64,000 nt of DNA from Eledone cirrhosa (taxonomy: Eukaryota): the NCBI GenBank assembly GCA_964016885.1, contig OZ024741.1, forward strand, positions 142,662,001-142,726,000. Reading direction: 5' to 3'. This document shows, one piece after another, positions 1-13,039 of the stretch; position 1 is the stretch's first letter, and the number at the start of each line of letters is the position of its first letter. Under the pieces are notes generated by a model, which was not told the origin of the DNA, did no database searches, and saw only the letters and a program-made list of their open reading frames with translations. Both the position numbers and the translations under genes were made by a program.

Positions 1-548
1 TCAACAGGAGGCATTGTTCTCGCTACGTGGCAGAGAGTTGTCCTCACAGAGGTCACCCGATATTACGTGAAGACGCTTACACGAGAGTACACAACAAGCC
101 ACTGATACCACTTCAACATATAGCTCCACTTAGGGGCGATTGACGATTAACGGGGATGGGTCACAGGGAATAAGGCTCGGGGTGACATAAAATAAAATAA
201 AAATTGAAAGAAAGACATTCTATGGTGAATGTTGCCCGGTAATTGCGTGCTACTCTGCTAGTAAATAAATAGATAAATAAATAAATATACCCAAGGGCGG
301 TTCCCCAGCATGGCCTCAGCCAGATGGCTGGAACAGGTAAAAGAGGAAAAGAGTAAAATAAATAAATAAGCGGCGGAGGGTGAGTTAGTTGAAGGTAGAT
401 ACTCGTTCGGACGTCACACATTTCCTCTTCTCACCCAAACTTTCACTCACTAAAATATGCTTATCTGTATATGTTTATTTATGGTAGCATGCGTATGCGT
501 GTGTGTGTGCGCATGTGTGTGTGTGCGTGTGTGTGTGTGGGGGGGGGT

Positions 549-2220
549 GTTCTAATGTACTGAGTATCCTCCTGAGTAGGATGTATGAAAACACCTTGTA
601 AATGGTGAGTAGGAGGCTGATTGGGCGGTAGTTTCTGAAATCTGCTTTATCACCTTCCTATGGATTAAGACTAATACAGCATTTTTCAGCTGTCAGGAAC
701 ATGGCCTTCTTCTAAACACCAGTTGAAGAGCTTGTTGAGTACCATGACAATGGGCTCTCCATCATCCTGGAGTATACCTGCAGTGATATTGTCTTTTCCT
801 GATGCCTTGTCTCTCTTTAATCGTTTAATGCTCGCTCTTGACTCTGATTGAATGATAGTAGGAGGTTGTGTAGATGTTGAGGTTTTGTTACTGAAGAATG
901 ATTGGTCCTGGGCTGTCTTGTGCTGCATAGTTTGCTGTCGAAATTCTTCGCATCGTTTTATAAGCCTGTTGAGGTCAGTAATGAGTGCGCCGCTCTCTTC
1001 TAACAATGACACTGCTTCCTTTTGATTATATTCAATCCTTTATTCACTTCCAGGGCTTTGAGCTGCCACTCTTTATCATATCGTCTGATGTCTTCCTTCG
1101 TGTGGCGTCTTGTAGCCATGCAAATTTCAGAGTACTCAACATATTGGGTATCTGTCCCGCCTCTCTTCATCTGTCCTATCTTTTCTCTTAGTTGCTTGGT
1201 ATCCTTTGAAAATTTGACCTCTTTAGGTGACTTTCCACTCCCGGTGATTATTACTACTGTCTCCATTATGCTAGTGGTAATGTTGTTTGCATATGAGCTG
1301 ATGTCTTCTTCCAGTACCTCGAACTTATTGTTCAGCAGCAACTGGAATTCTGTGGCCTTGTCAGATAGTATGATGATATTCGGTTTCTTTAGGTTTTTGG
1401 CGAGTCTAGCCCACTCCAGCTTTGTGTTGGTGGTCAAAGAAGCGCGCAATAGCCGGTGTTCGCTACCCATATTGAAATTGTTGATGACTGAGACATGAGT
1501 GGAGGTCTGGGGCTTATCTGTCAGGATGTAGTCAATTTCATTCTTAGTGCTTCTGTTGGGTGATAACCATATCCATCATCAAATGATCTTCTTGAAAAAT
1601 GTGTTCATAATGTTTAGTTTCCGACGCTCATATAAATTGACAAGAATGTTTCCTCTGTCGTTCCTGGAGCCAAAGTCACTTGTGCTCCTTTTTCCTGGCC
1701 CTCATCTCCCAACTTATGCATTGAAATTTCCCATAACGATGTTAAAGTGGGTCCTCTTGCTGTTCAGGATGCTGTCAATGTCTTCGTAGACTTTTTCCAC
1801 CTCCTCCTCCTCATCTGAGTAGCTAGTTGTTAGTAAATAAACTTGAATGATGTTGAGATGGTGCTTGCTGTTGTTCTTGACGGTAAGTTGCGCGACTCTA
1901 TCAGATAGGCTCTTGAAACTGGTAATATTTCCAGCAATGCACTTGTGGACGACAAAACCAACTCCTCTGTTCACTCTGTCATCGCCTTCGTAGTATAGAT
2001 TGTGGCTGCTATCACGTAGTTCCGATGATGTCGAACTTGATCCTAGAAAGCTCCTTTTCTATGCCTATAATGTGGTAATCTGATGAGAGTGTCCTTGTAT
2101 TGTAGGTCCCAATTTTCAGATTCCTGTGACAGACTGTTCGAACTCATTGATTCTTAGTACCCTCTGCTCCTTTATCATTCACCCCACTGCCTTTGGTGGT
2201 GATTCTAGAGCTGCTGGGGA
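549..2220 (-). mobile_element. Degenerate RTE-clade LINE, 5' part (APE endonuclease to start of RT)
   Basis: Broken ORFs give LKIGTYNTRTL, GVGFVVHK, IIQVY, IVMGNFNA, SEHRLLRA (APE motifs), then KASGKDNITA and NYRPISLL (RT N-terminus). Multiple stops and frameshifts. Confidence 0.85.
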
Positions 2221-2234
2221 CTAAAGGATTTGGG

Positions 2235-2735
2235 CTAGGATTCTTAACAATAGACCACATCCAAGTTGTTAGTCAACTATAAGAGAAGGCTAACAAATAC
2301 AACTTCCCTCTTTGCTTCGTCCTCGTCGATTATGAAAAGGCATTTAACTCCATCGAGTTCACCCTACTATTCACAACACTGGAGAACCAAGGAGTGGACC
2401 CTGCTTATATCATACTAGTAAAGGATCTTTACAATGGCGCTAAATTCGCGCTCAGATTACACCAAGACAACGACAAGATCAACCTAGAAAGAGGGCAAGA
2501 CAAGGAGACACAAAGAATTTTTACATTTTGTAGAAAAGATGCCATCATCATCAAAGTCAACTGGGAGAACAAAGGTATCAACATAGATGGTGAACTCCTA
2601 TGCCACCTAGACTTCGCAGATGACATCATCCTAATAGCCCATATAACACAAGAATTGGAGGAGATCCTCAATGCTATCCTCACTGTGAACCAACCTGTAG
2701 ACCTTTACATCCATCTTAGGAAAACTAAGGTCTTG
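2235..2735 (+). mobile_element. RTE-clade LINE RT core fragment
   Basis: TIDHIQ, VDYEKAFNSIE, GINIDGELLCHLDFADDIILIA (RT F/YADD motif). Confidence 0.85.
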
Positions 2736-3315
2736 TACTCTCAGTCGCTTAACGCCAAGGAAACCGAGATAAGCACCGGCCTGATGAGTCTTTGGGCTTA
2801 AGGCAAATTTTAGATTTTAGACAATTATTGGCATTATGTCTAAAATAGAAATCATTATTTTGATATTATTTAGTCTGGATTTATTTTTCGTGAATTTGAG
2901 TAGAAATTTGACCATTGGCCATGTGTTACTTCTTCACTGGTCAACCAATTTCATTTTAACCCTGATTCACCTCTTTCCTTCCCATAACGTCTAAGGTACA
3001 CGTCTCAGTAGAATGCCTAGCCACTTACACGTTAATTTCATGATCAGGTTGTTTCGTTAATTGAACAACTGGAACACTCATCGTCGAGACCAATGCAGGT
3101 CCATTATTGCTCAATCAGTATCTTGTGAATCAGTGCTAGGTTCACATGTTTCACTTGTATATGTGGGGGCAGAGTCTATTTCATATTTAGTTATTCATTT
3201 CGTACTAATACTCATATTCGAATACTATAGAATCATTATAATCTCTTCTTCTTCTTCTGGGAGGGTCGTGGTGGCAGACTCGTATATCAGTAGATGTATA
3301 TACATACACGGGCAT

Positions 3316-3319
3316 ACAT

Positions 3320-3418
<99 letters not shown>

Positions 3419-3790
3419 GATAGATAGATGCAAACACAGACGCACACGTACACACAAACACACGCACACACATACACCCACACACATATTCAAACACATA
3501 CATACAAAATCTCACGCTCTCGTGCATACAAACATGCAAACACTCACACGCGCACACACATATGCACATGTACACTCACATGTACATGCAAACACACATC
3601 ACACTCACACATTCAAAGGCATGCACACAAGCGCAAACACAAGCGTAAAACCACTCACACACACATTCACTCACACACTTACACGTCGCGTACACGCATA
3701 CTACATACACACACACATGCACACACACGCACACGCCTGTGCACGCATACTCTCGCACACTTATACACACGTGCACACGGACAAACGAGA
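3316..3790. repeat. (CA)n microsatellite followed by degenerate CA-rich tract
   Basis: Directly visible. Confidence 0.95.
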
Positions 3791-3949
3791 GAATATCTAT
3801 ATGAAGGATCCACATTAGATGTGCTGGAAACCGCAGCCAAATCACGTCTTAATGTTATTCAATTGATTAATTAGTTAAATTTATTTATTTATTTATTCAT
3901 TTATTTATCTATATCACGGATTTGTGTATAACAGCGTCTGCAAAATCTC

Positions 3950-5110
3950 CCACGCGTATTGGATACTGGAACGTACGAAAATGTACCAATCATCCAAACT
4001 GCATCAAGTAATCAAGGATATCGAGGCTTCGATGTCAGCAATAACTACTACATAGTTATCGCCAAAATTAAGATCAAACTGAGGAGGCAAAAGAACAAGG
4101 CATCATTAGCCAGGAGGTTGACATCATTAAGCTAAAAGACTCTTGAACAGCCAGCGAGTTCGGGGCAATTATTCAAAACAGTTTCTTTGCTTTAGAAATC
4201 ACTCCAACAGGAATATTGGAATGGTGGGAAGAAGCAATGATAACAGCTGATGTAAAAATACTGAAGTACAAGAAGCCCATTAGAGAAACGTGGATTAGTG
4301 ACTACACCTGGCAACAAAGGCGGTGAATTGGCAGAGTTGTTAAGACGTCGGATAGAATGCTTTACGGTGTTCGTCCCACCTCATTGCGCGCTCTGAGTTT
4401 AAATCCCGCCGTGGTACTTTCATCCTTTCGAGGTCGATAAAAAAAGTACCAGTCCAGTACTGGGGTCGATTCTTCCTCTATAGAAAAAAATCGGCTGTGT
4501 TCAGACCTGGAGAGGGTTGGGCTCCGACAGGTTTAAAAGTGTCCTAGACACGCCGTTTGACGGTGCCTCTAGGACTCCACAAGGAATTATGGGATCTTTA
4601 TCCTTTTATTATCCTGGCAACTAATTAAGGAAAGGAAAGCTCTACATCAAAGAAAGCAAAATAATGATGAGGACCACAATGTTTTACAGACATATGCTGA
4701 AAAAGACAAAGAAGTAAAACGTAGTGCTCAAAAAGATAAACATCTGTGGTTGGCGAGCCAAGCTGAAGAAACAGAGGTCAGTGCTAAACGAAATGACATG
4801 TGTGCTGTATATGAGATTGCCAAGAAGATCACTGGTCTCTCAAAAAGAAGGCCAAGCCCGATCAAAGCAAACGATGGAACCCTGCTCTCCAAAAACGAAG
4901 ATAAACTTGCGAGATGGGTCGAGCACTTCAAGGAAGTATTAAACCAACCTGAGCTCGACCCTCTGGCATTAACAGAAGAACTCTCTTATCATCTCCCAAT
5001 CAACACAGGCGAAATACATCAAAACTCTAAAACTCTAAAAAACCAATCCAGATAACGATGGTATCACCGAAGAGATGCCCAAAGGCGGAGGGGAATACGT
5101 CACCGCAAGG
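3950..5110 (+). mobile_element. Degenerate RTE-like LINE fragment interrupted by a SINE
   Basis: RIGYWNVR (APE start), then WLASQAEE and KLARWVEHFKEVLN linker motifs. Confidence 0.7.
4318..4610 (+). mobile_element. tRNA-derived SINE (family A, long 3' variant)
   Basis: GGCGGTGAATTGGCAGA head, GAGTTTAAATCCCGCC B-box-like motif, TTTCATCCTTTCGAGGTCGATAAAA..GTACCAG core. Similar copies at 54978-55290 and about 56030-56270. Confidence 0.8.
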
Positions 5111-5625
5111 ATATGTACTTCTAGCAGAGATTCAACATGACACTGTGTGGTATGGCTGGCCCTTTGAATGACAGGTACAACCCATCCGACGAGCTTCCAG
5201 CTGTTTTCATCTATCCAATATCACTCACAAGGCTTGGATCGACCCTAAGCTATGATAACCGACACTTGTCCGAGATGCCACGCAGTGGGTCAGATGAAAT
5301 ACATTACTGTATTTCGTTACTGCCCTCTAAGTTCTAACACAATCCGCTACTTTATGAAACTGATCAGGCAACCCTGTTCGCATATACAGCTGCATTCGGG
5401 AATATAAACCGGATTACGGATTCGGTTTTACTAAAACTTTAGAGGCTGTACTTTAAATATTCGATGATACCCCACTTAGCACTGCTTCACTATAACACTC
5501 TTTTTTCTTGGAGACAATATTTTAGGTGGGATAGCTCTACATTACTACAATAATCGTATAAACATATGACAAGCGTGTGTGGGTAGGCCGTTAAACTTAA
5601 CTACATCAACGATTCAAAAAATAAT

Positions 5626-5817
5626 TGCTTCTACTTTTGGCACAAGGCCAGCAATTATTCCAGTGTATTACTGGTACTTTATTTTATCGACCCCGTAAGG
5701 ATGAAAGGCAAAGTTAACCTCGGCGGGATTTGAACTCAGACCATAAAGGGCCGTAACTCTTTGCTGCAAAGCATGGCGTCCGACCCTTTACCGATACTGC
5801 CAATCCACCGCCCTTTC
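5626..5817 (-). mobile_element. tRNA-derived SINE family A with 19-bp TSD
   Basis: Full head/core/tail. CAACGATTCAAAAAATAAT is duplicated at 5607-5625 and 5818-5836. Confidence 0.9.
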
Positions 5818-5839
5818 CAACGATTCAAAAAATAATGAT

Positions 5840-6973
5840 AAACTAAAACCTTCTGTAGTGACAACTTCACTGTTATCAGCAAAGAAGAAGGTGATTCATT
5901 CAAAATGTAAAATTTTGGAAGAAACTGAGAGTCTGTTTGTTGAATGGGCGGGCAAAGAAACAGAATGCAACATGCCAGTAAGCAAAACCAAGAAGTAATT
6001 TCAGGCACTTACAAGGAGATATTTCGGGAGCATTCACAACAAATAGAAACTGATTTTAAAGATTCAAACGGCGACATAACCTACTCAGCATTATATTAAG
6101 TGATGTTGCAAATACGGAAATCAGGAAGCTAAGATATTCCACTGGTTCTTAAAAGTATTATCTTGAACTTGTATTTATGAAACAGACTTTTTTTTCTGGA
6201 AAAGAAAGCCACGCCGCACTTAATTTTTAAGAGAAAAAAATAAATAAACGCTTCTTGCTTCAATGTCGTAACTCACTACTTGGACTAATACTTGACGATA
6301 ATGCTTCGGGAGCCTTCAAACTGACCCCAGTGCTCATCTATCATGGGGGGCGCTGGAAGCCCCTTTAGTTTGGTAAGTTTTATAAGTCATATTTGTACGT
6401 CTCTTAGACAGCCAGTGTGAATGCATTTGAATGAAGAAAACGAAGAAAATAAATAAAAGAAGCTTGTCAACGAATTCCCTAGGGAGATAAAAGAAAAACA
6501 AAAGAAATCAAAGAAAATGAACATAAGACAACTTTGACAACAGTTACAAGAACAACTTCAACAGAAATGACAACAAAAAGAAGCAATGGTGATGAAAAAC
6601 CAGCGAGGGAAATATCACAAATCTACCTGCCTATAATTTGGAGATCAAACAGGAAGGTCAGTGGTTTTCTTTCATATTTCAGAAAAAGAAATATTGCAAA
6701 GATCATAACCTAAGGTATTGATGATGATAGAAAACACGCCAGCTCACACCTTGAATATCAACATCCTTCAGACCTGAATTTTTGTCGAAGTAGTTTACAT
6801 AGCATCAAAACCACTTTCTTACTTCCACCCCCATAGATTGGCGTATAATTTTTAATGGTAAGACTTACTAATTTCGTTGTTCTTTTACACAGCCTTTTAA
6901 AGAAACAAATCGTCAAAATAAACAAAATATCAAAGACCTTTGGTAAAACTACCATATCATGAATGCCCTAGAT
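5840..6973 (+). mobile_element. Tigger/pogo-like DDE transposase relic, split by the hAT insertion (continues after 12789)
   Basis: Degenerate translations: ETDFFFWK-like, NASGAFKLTPVLIYH, KVLMMIENTPAH (KxLLxxDNAPxH-like), and KNYHIMNALD|NI read across the hAT insertion site. Confidence 0.65.
6345..6598 (+). repeat. TIR-less partial duplicate of the left arm of the hAT element
   Basis: Essentially identical to about 7043-7296 (GGGGGGCGCTGGAAGCCCC...GGTGATGAAA). Confidence 0.9.
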
Positions 6974-7764
6974 TAAAGGTTCTCAACGGGGGGGGGCATG
7001 TGCCCGGGGGCGTTTCGGAGCTCGGGGGGGGGGGGGGGACTTTGGGGGGCGCTGGAAGCCCCTTTAGTTTGGTAAGTTTTATAAGTCATATTTGTACGTC
7101 TCTTAGACAGCCAGTGTGAATGCATTTGAATGAAGAAAACGAAGAAAATAAATAAAAGAAGCTTGTCAACGAATTCCCTAGGGAGATAAAAGAAAAACAA
7201 AAGAAATCAAAGAAAATGAACATAAGACAACTTTGACAACAGTTACAAGAACAACTTCAACAGAAATGACAACAAAAAGAAGCAATGGTGATGAAAGGTG
7301 TGGGTGTATACATACATACGAACATACACACACATGCATACGTATATACATACATACATACATACATACATACATACATACATACATACATACATACATA
7401 CATACATACATACATACATACGTACGTACACACACACACAGGCCTGCGTTAGTGTTTGATGAGGTTGAGAACCTGGTCAGCTTTCAGCCAGAGCTGTGGT
7501 ATTTAATCTCCCTAGGTAATAAAATCTGGAGCCAGAATTTTCTCTTTACAAAAAAACAACATAAATCATGTCAACATCCTTACACATTTAAATATATATG
7601 CATGTATATATACAAATGTATAAATGCATAGCTATATACATACGTAAACGTATGTATGCATATATGTATGTATGCGTGAAGCTAAAAACCATATCATTTG
7701 TACTATCTCTCTGTTTTTTGTTCTCTGTTCATTTATTCAACTATCTACATACATACATATATAT

Positions 7765-10105
7765 ATAATCTAAGAATAATATAGAAAGAGTCAATAAGAG
7801 AAGAAATTAGTATGGGTCAACAATACAACAAAACAAGAACAAAACGAATACAACGAATATGAATAAAAAGGAATCAAATCAAAGAGAAGAAAGTGATGCT
7901 ATAAAACAAATCATATCATCATATTCTTTCCCTCTAGCGTTAATCGTTGTATCGCATTGGCCTCACTACTAAACGTCCTCGGCGTGTTCTTTGTTTGTTG
8001 TTGGGGTGTGTTATTCGAGGTTAAGAATGTGTCAGAAGATTCATCATCGTCGAATTCAGCACTCTCTGTAGGATTGTTATCGGCGGTAGATGTCATACTT
8101 TCGTTCCCAACTGCCACATGTGTAGATATTGCTGTTGATTGAGTTAAATCGGCGCCTTTTGGGGAGTTATTATTCTGACAATCCGATGTTGTTGAATTTC
8201 CATTGTTTTGTGGTGATGCTGCTGGTGCGAGATTTGTATTTGAGACTGTCTATTCTTCCACTATTAAATTGTAGCTTGGCAAAGTGGGGTGAAATCGTCT
8301 CGATGAGTTGAACGTTTTCCGTGAGACCATCACCTTTATTCCTTATGTGACGTCGATGTAGCACGATTGCGCCCGGTTTATTTAGAAACTCTGGTATTTC
8401 TGTGCCGTTGTTTGTCGATCTGGTGAATGAAAATACTCTTTCATGTGGTGTGGCGTTTGTAGCAGTGCAAAGCAATCCTCGGATAGACGACAGAGCGATT
8501 GGGCTCATGTTACTCCATTCATTTTTATTGAGATTATTTGTCTTCAATGCCAGACTTATCGCTGTGCATATTGTGCCGTTAACTCTTTCGCATTGGCCGT
8601 TGGCTTGGGGTCGATATGGCGTGGTGTGGCTTTTTATAATGAAACTCCATAAGAAATCTTTGAGTTTTTGTGATTCAAATTGACGTCCCCTATCTGTATG
8701 AATCGAACTGGGTTTTCCAAATATAGAGAATATCTCCAATAGATGTTTAATTACTATGTCTGTTATCTCTTTACAGGGAATGGTGAATGGAAAACGTGAG
8801 TACTCGTCAACTATAGTCAATATAAATCGAAAACCGTTTGAGATAGCCATGGGACCCACAAAGTCCATTGATAGTCTTTCCCAGGGTCTTGTGGCATGTA
8901 TTAATCTTCCTTTGGGTGGTTTATAGAATTGTGGTTTACATTCACGGCATATTTTGCAATTGGCGATAATTTCTCTTATTTCATTAATAGAATATGCCAA
9001 GTTCATTGATTTACAATAATGTAGAAGTCTGGTGATCCCCCGATGACATAGACGTGAGTGATTATTGTATAATTCGTGTTCCGTCTTAGTAGAGCAGCAG
9101 CGCGATAGGGCGTCTGCGGCTTGGTTTAATGAATCAGCTCTATATGAGAAGGTATGGTTAAGATCGCTTAACTCCAGTCGCCAGCGGGCTACCTTCTCGT
9201 TTTTAATCTTGGAAGTGTGTTTTTTGTTGAACGCAAATGCAGCCGATCGTTGGTCTGTTATGATATTACAATGTGGAACAGCGCTGATCATATGCCTCCA
9301 TTTTCTACAACATTCTATAATTGCGCAAGCTTCCTTTTCGATGATGGAATGTCCTCTTTCTGACTTATTTACGGTTCTACTAAGAAAAGCAATTGGACGA
9401 CCATTTTGTGATAGAGTTCCACCAATGGCAATATTTGATGCGTCGGTTTCGATTATAAATGGTGCAGTGAAATCGGGTGAACACAGTGATGCCTTTATGA
9501 GTTCTTCATTCATCTTATTAATAGTAGATTTTTCTTCGTTTGATAGACCTTGTTTATCAATGGTGTTTCTTGCCTTTGTAAGAACGACTGAGAGGTTAGA
9601 AGAGCCCTTAATACATTTAGCATAGTATGCAAAAAGACCGATTACCCGGTTCAACTTTTTTAACGTCTTTGGGAACGACATGTCAATAAGGACTTTATAC
9701 CTGTCAGGGTCCGGTCTTAATTTACCTTTTTCTATGACATGTCGAAGGAAATGTATTCTATTTTGTTTAAAGCTGCATTTGTCTCGATTCAGTTGCATAC
9801 CTGCATTGGTAGCTGCATTCATGAATTCCTTTAGGTTATAGTTATGTTCTTCGACTGTGTCTTCTCCTATAATAATGTCGTCAAGGTATGAGTAGGTATT
9901 TTGTATGTTGTAATTGTCTATGAAAGTGTCCATTATTCGTTGGAAAATTGGAACGGCATTTGTGCATCCAAACGGAAGACGGATAAATTCGTATAGTCGG
10001 CCACAGACCTCGAATGCAGTCAACTTAAAGTCGGAAGATTTGATGGGTATTTGGTGATAAACAACCTTTAGATCTTTTTCGAGAAATACGTGTGTTTTGA
10101 AATTA
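7765..10105 (-). mobile_element. Ty3/Gypsy LTR retrotransposon fragment (RT-RNaseH-integrase, PPT, partial 3' LTR) inside hAT copy 1
   Basis: 617-aa ORF 8170-10023 with LPFG, YLDD, ETDAS, EKEACAII, ADALSR, HHCC-like zinc finger, SMDFVGP, VDEYSRF, TDRGRQF, PQANGQCER. Purine tract GAGGGAAAGAA followed by TG at about 7921 marks the LTR start. 5'-truncated at (TA)n. Confidence 0.92.
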
Positions 10106-10117
10106 TTGAGTAGGTCT

Positions 10118-10194
<77 letters not shown>

Positions 10195-10269
10195 CTACAT
10201 TCATACATACATATATATATATAAATCTACATACATACATATATATGTATGTATGTAGATTTATATATA

Positions 10270-11530
10270 TATGAAAATATATTAGGCTTCTACATAAACT
10301 GGAAATATTCTCCCAACTTGTAGAATACTTATAATGAAACAATTGTTTGGAAAGAGAGATATATTTTAATTTTAATTATATCTCATATAAAATAATACAA
10401 CTGGCTTTCCACAAAATACATATAGTTGGCACCCCAGACACTAAATTGGGTTTATACTAACGTATAACCTAATGTTTGTTGAGTGAGATGGTTACCAGTC
10501 GGAGTTTAGCGTAAAGCTTTCTCTGTTATTGTATTAATATTTTACTCTTGATTTGGCCAGAGATTTTTATTTCCAGGTACCTTATACACATGACTTTCCG
10601 TATTTCTTACTGTTATGAGATATTGTTCGTTTTTTGGTTATCACTTCTCTGTTTTTAGCCTAAGAAAATATCTATATGCGTGTGTAAATAATTACATGCA
10701 TACATTTATTTTTTAAAATTAATTGAGTTCTTAACACACGGAATTGATGTTGGTTTTGAAATAACTAATTAACCCGCGTGTATTAAATATTTTACTCTTA
10801 ATTTGGCCAGAGATTTACATTCCCAAATGTCTTTTAAGGCGTAACTTTCCGTATTTGTTACAGTTGTGAGATATTGTTCGTTATTCAGGTATCACTTCTC
10901 TGTTTTTAGCCTAAGAAAATATCTATATGCGTGTGTAATTAATACACGCATACATTTATTTTTTTAAAATTAATTGAGTTCTTAACACGAAGGATTGATA
11001 ATGTTTTTGAAAAAACTAATTAACCCACGTGTATATTATTTTTCTTTTCTCGTGACTCGTGATTGTCTCCCTTTCCCGCTTCATGACGCTATGATACTTC
11101 CTCAGTCAAAGGACTGCTGGAATTTCAAATTTGGCGGTCATTCGATGCGTGAAGGGACAAATTAGCAGACACGAAAATTAACTGCGGTAAGAAATTTTTC
11201 TTATATCAAAGTTTAATGGGCTTCCACTGACGATTTATAAGTGCCCGCCTAATTGTATTCTTACATGAAAATATATTAGGCTTCTACATAAACTGGAAAT
11301 ATTCTCCCAACTTGTAGAATACTTATAATGAAACAATTGTTTGGAAAGAGAGATATATTTTAATTTTAATTATATCTCATATAAAATAATACAACTGGCT
11401 TTCCACAAAATACATATAGCTGGCACCCCAGACACTAAATTGGGTTTATACTAACGTATAACCTAATGTTTGTTGAGTGAGATGGTTACCAGACGGAGTT
11501 TAGCGTAAAGCTTTCTCTGTTATTGTTTTA
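10270..11530. repeat. Nested direct repeats: about 265 bp (10270-10540 / 11266-11530) enclosing an about 250-bp tandem pair (10530-10785 / 10785-11035)
   Basis: ATGAAAATATATTAGGCTTCTACATAAACTGG... occurs twice, and TTTTACTCTT.ATTTGGCCAGAGATTT... occurs twice. Confidence 0.9.
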
Positions 11531-11589
11531 ATATATATATATATATATAAATCTACATACATACATACATACATACATACATACATACA

Positions 11590-11621
<32 letters not shown>

Positions 11622-11666
11622 CTTACGTATGTATATAGCTATGCATTTATATTTAAGTGTGTAAGG

Positions 11667-11704
<38 letters not shown>

Positions 11705-11721
11705 ATAATATATATATACTG

Positions 11722-11767
<46 letters not shown>

Positions 11768-11776
11768 CGTGTGTGT

Positions 11777-11857
<81 letters not shown>

Positions 11858-12028
11858 TTTATATATATATAGGTTTCTACTACAGGCCATAGAAAAGTAG
11901 TTCGCGGGCCGCATTTTTGAGCCCCCTGTTGGAGATAGATAGATAGACGTGTACCAAACACACACACACACACATTTCTTACTCTCTCTGTCCCTCCCTC
12001 TTTCTATCTTCATTTATATATAGATATA

Positions 12029-12077
<49 letters not shown>

Positions 12078-12896
12078 GTTGTTGAAAAGAGCAGTGGCCT
12101 TTGACCCGGCAATAAAAACTGGAGACAAAATTCTTTCTGTACCAAAACCAAGGCACACACACACAAGTTTGTGTGTGTGTATGTATGTGTATGTCTGTGT
12201 GTGTGTATGTGTGTGTGCGTGCGCGTTCATGTGTGTGTGTGTGTATCTATCTATGTATATATATAAGGGATACAGATAATGCTTTCTCACTGTCACCAAG
12301 CTTCTCAATTCATTCGTTGCTACGAGGTATTTTATTTTGCAAGGTACTATTTTTGCCCTGAGTTTGTGATTTCAAAGAAAGTTAAGAATTTCTTCATATT
12401 TTGCATCTTTTGTATTTTGACTTTACAGTTTGAATTGTAGAATTGTCTATCCACTCAAAATATTACAACAGCTAACAGTGAAATATAGAATTTTAAAAAA
12501 AAAAGCTTTTTCGACTGAGATCAAATCTTTGAGAACATTCACGTCTATTTTTCAAAAATATATAATTTGAAATAGCTTGCTTTTGTTTTGGACTGAAACT
12601 TTTTTGTATTTAATTCGTACGAGTATTTTTTAAAGATTCTAACATAACTTGCTTTGGCCTAGTAATCTACTGATATCAAACTCAGTAGTATATTGAAAAA
12701 TGGAAAAATAGGGTAGGGGGGCGTTTCGTGATTTCGAGGGGCAAAAGGGGGCGATTGGCCGAAATGGGTTGAGAACCTTTACCCTAGATAATATATCAAA
12801 GGAGCCATGGATAAAGTAACTGAGAGGAGATAGGAAGAAATTATAGTCAGAATTTGACAAAGAAAGTTATCAGTGACATTATTGAGTGAGCCAATG

Positions 12897-13039
12897 CTTT
12901 CTAGCATAGTTACGTCCCTTTACAGTCTCAGTTCAAATCCCGCCGAGGTTAACTTTGCCTTTCATCCTTACGAGGTCGATAAAATAAAGTACCAGTAATG
13001 TACTGGTGAATTGCTGGCCTTGTGCCTAAAGTAGAAACA
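12897..13039 (+). mobile_element. 5'-truncated SINE family A with 19-bp TSD
   Basis: ATTATTGAGTGAGCCAATG at 12878-12896 and 13040-13058 flanks the SINE core. Confidence 0.9.

Larger units (their letters stand above)
6974..12781 (+). mobile_element. Non-autonomous hAT (Buster/Charlie-type) element, copy 1
   Basis: TIR TAAAGGTTCTCAAC (6974) / GTTGAGAACCTTTA (ends 12781). 8-bp TSD CCCTAGAT at 6966-6973 and 12782-12789 with central TA. No transposase inside. Confidence 0.92.

Noticed and set aside
2770-2815. CTGATGA followed by a small stem as a hammerhead
   Set aside because: No correctly placed GAAA after the stem; it looks like a SINE/LINE 3' tail.
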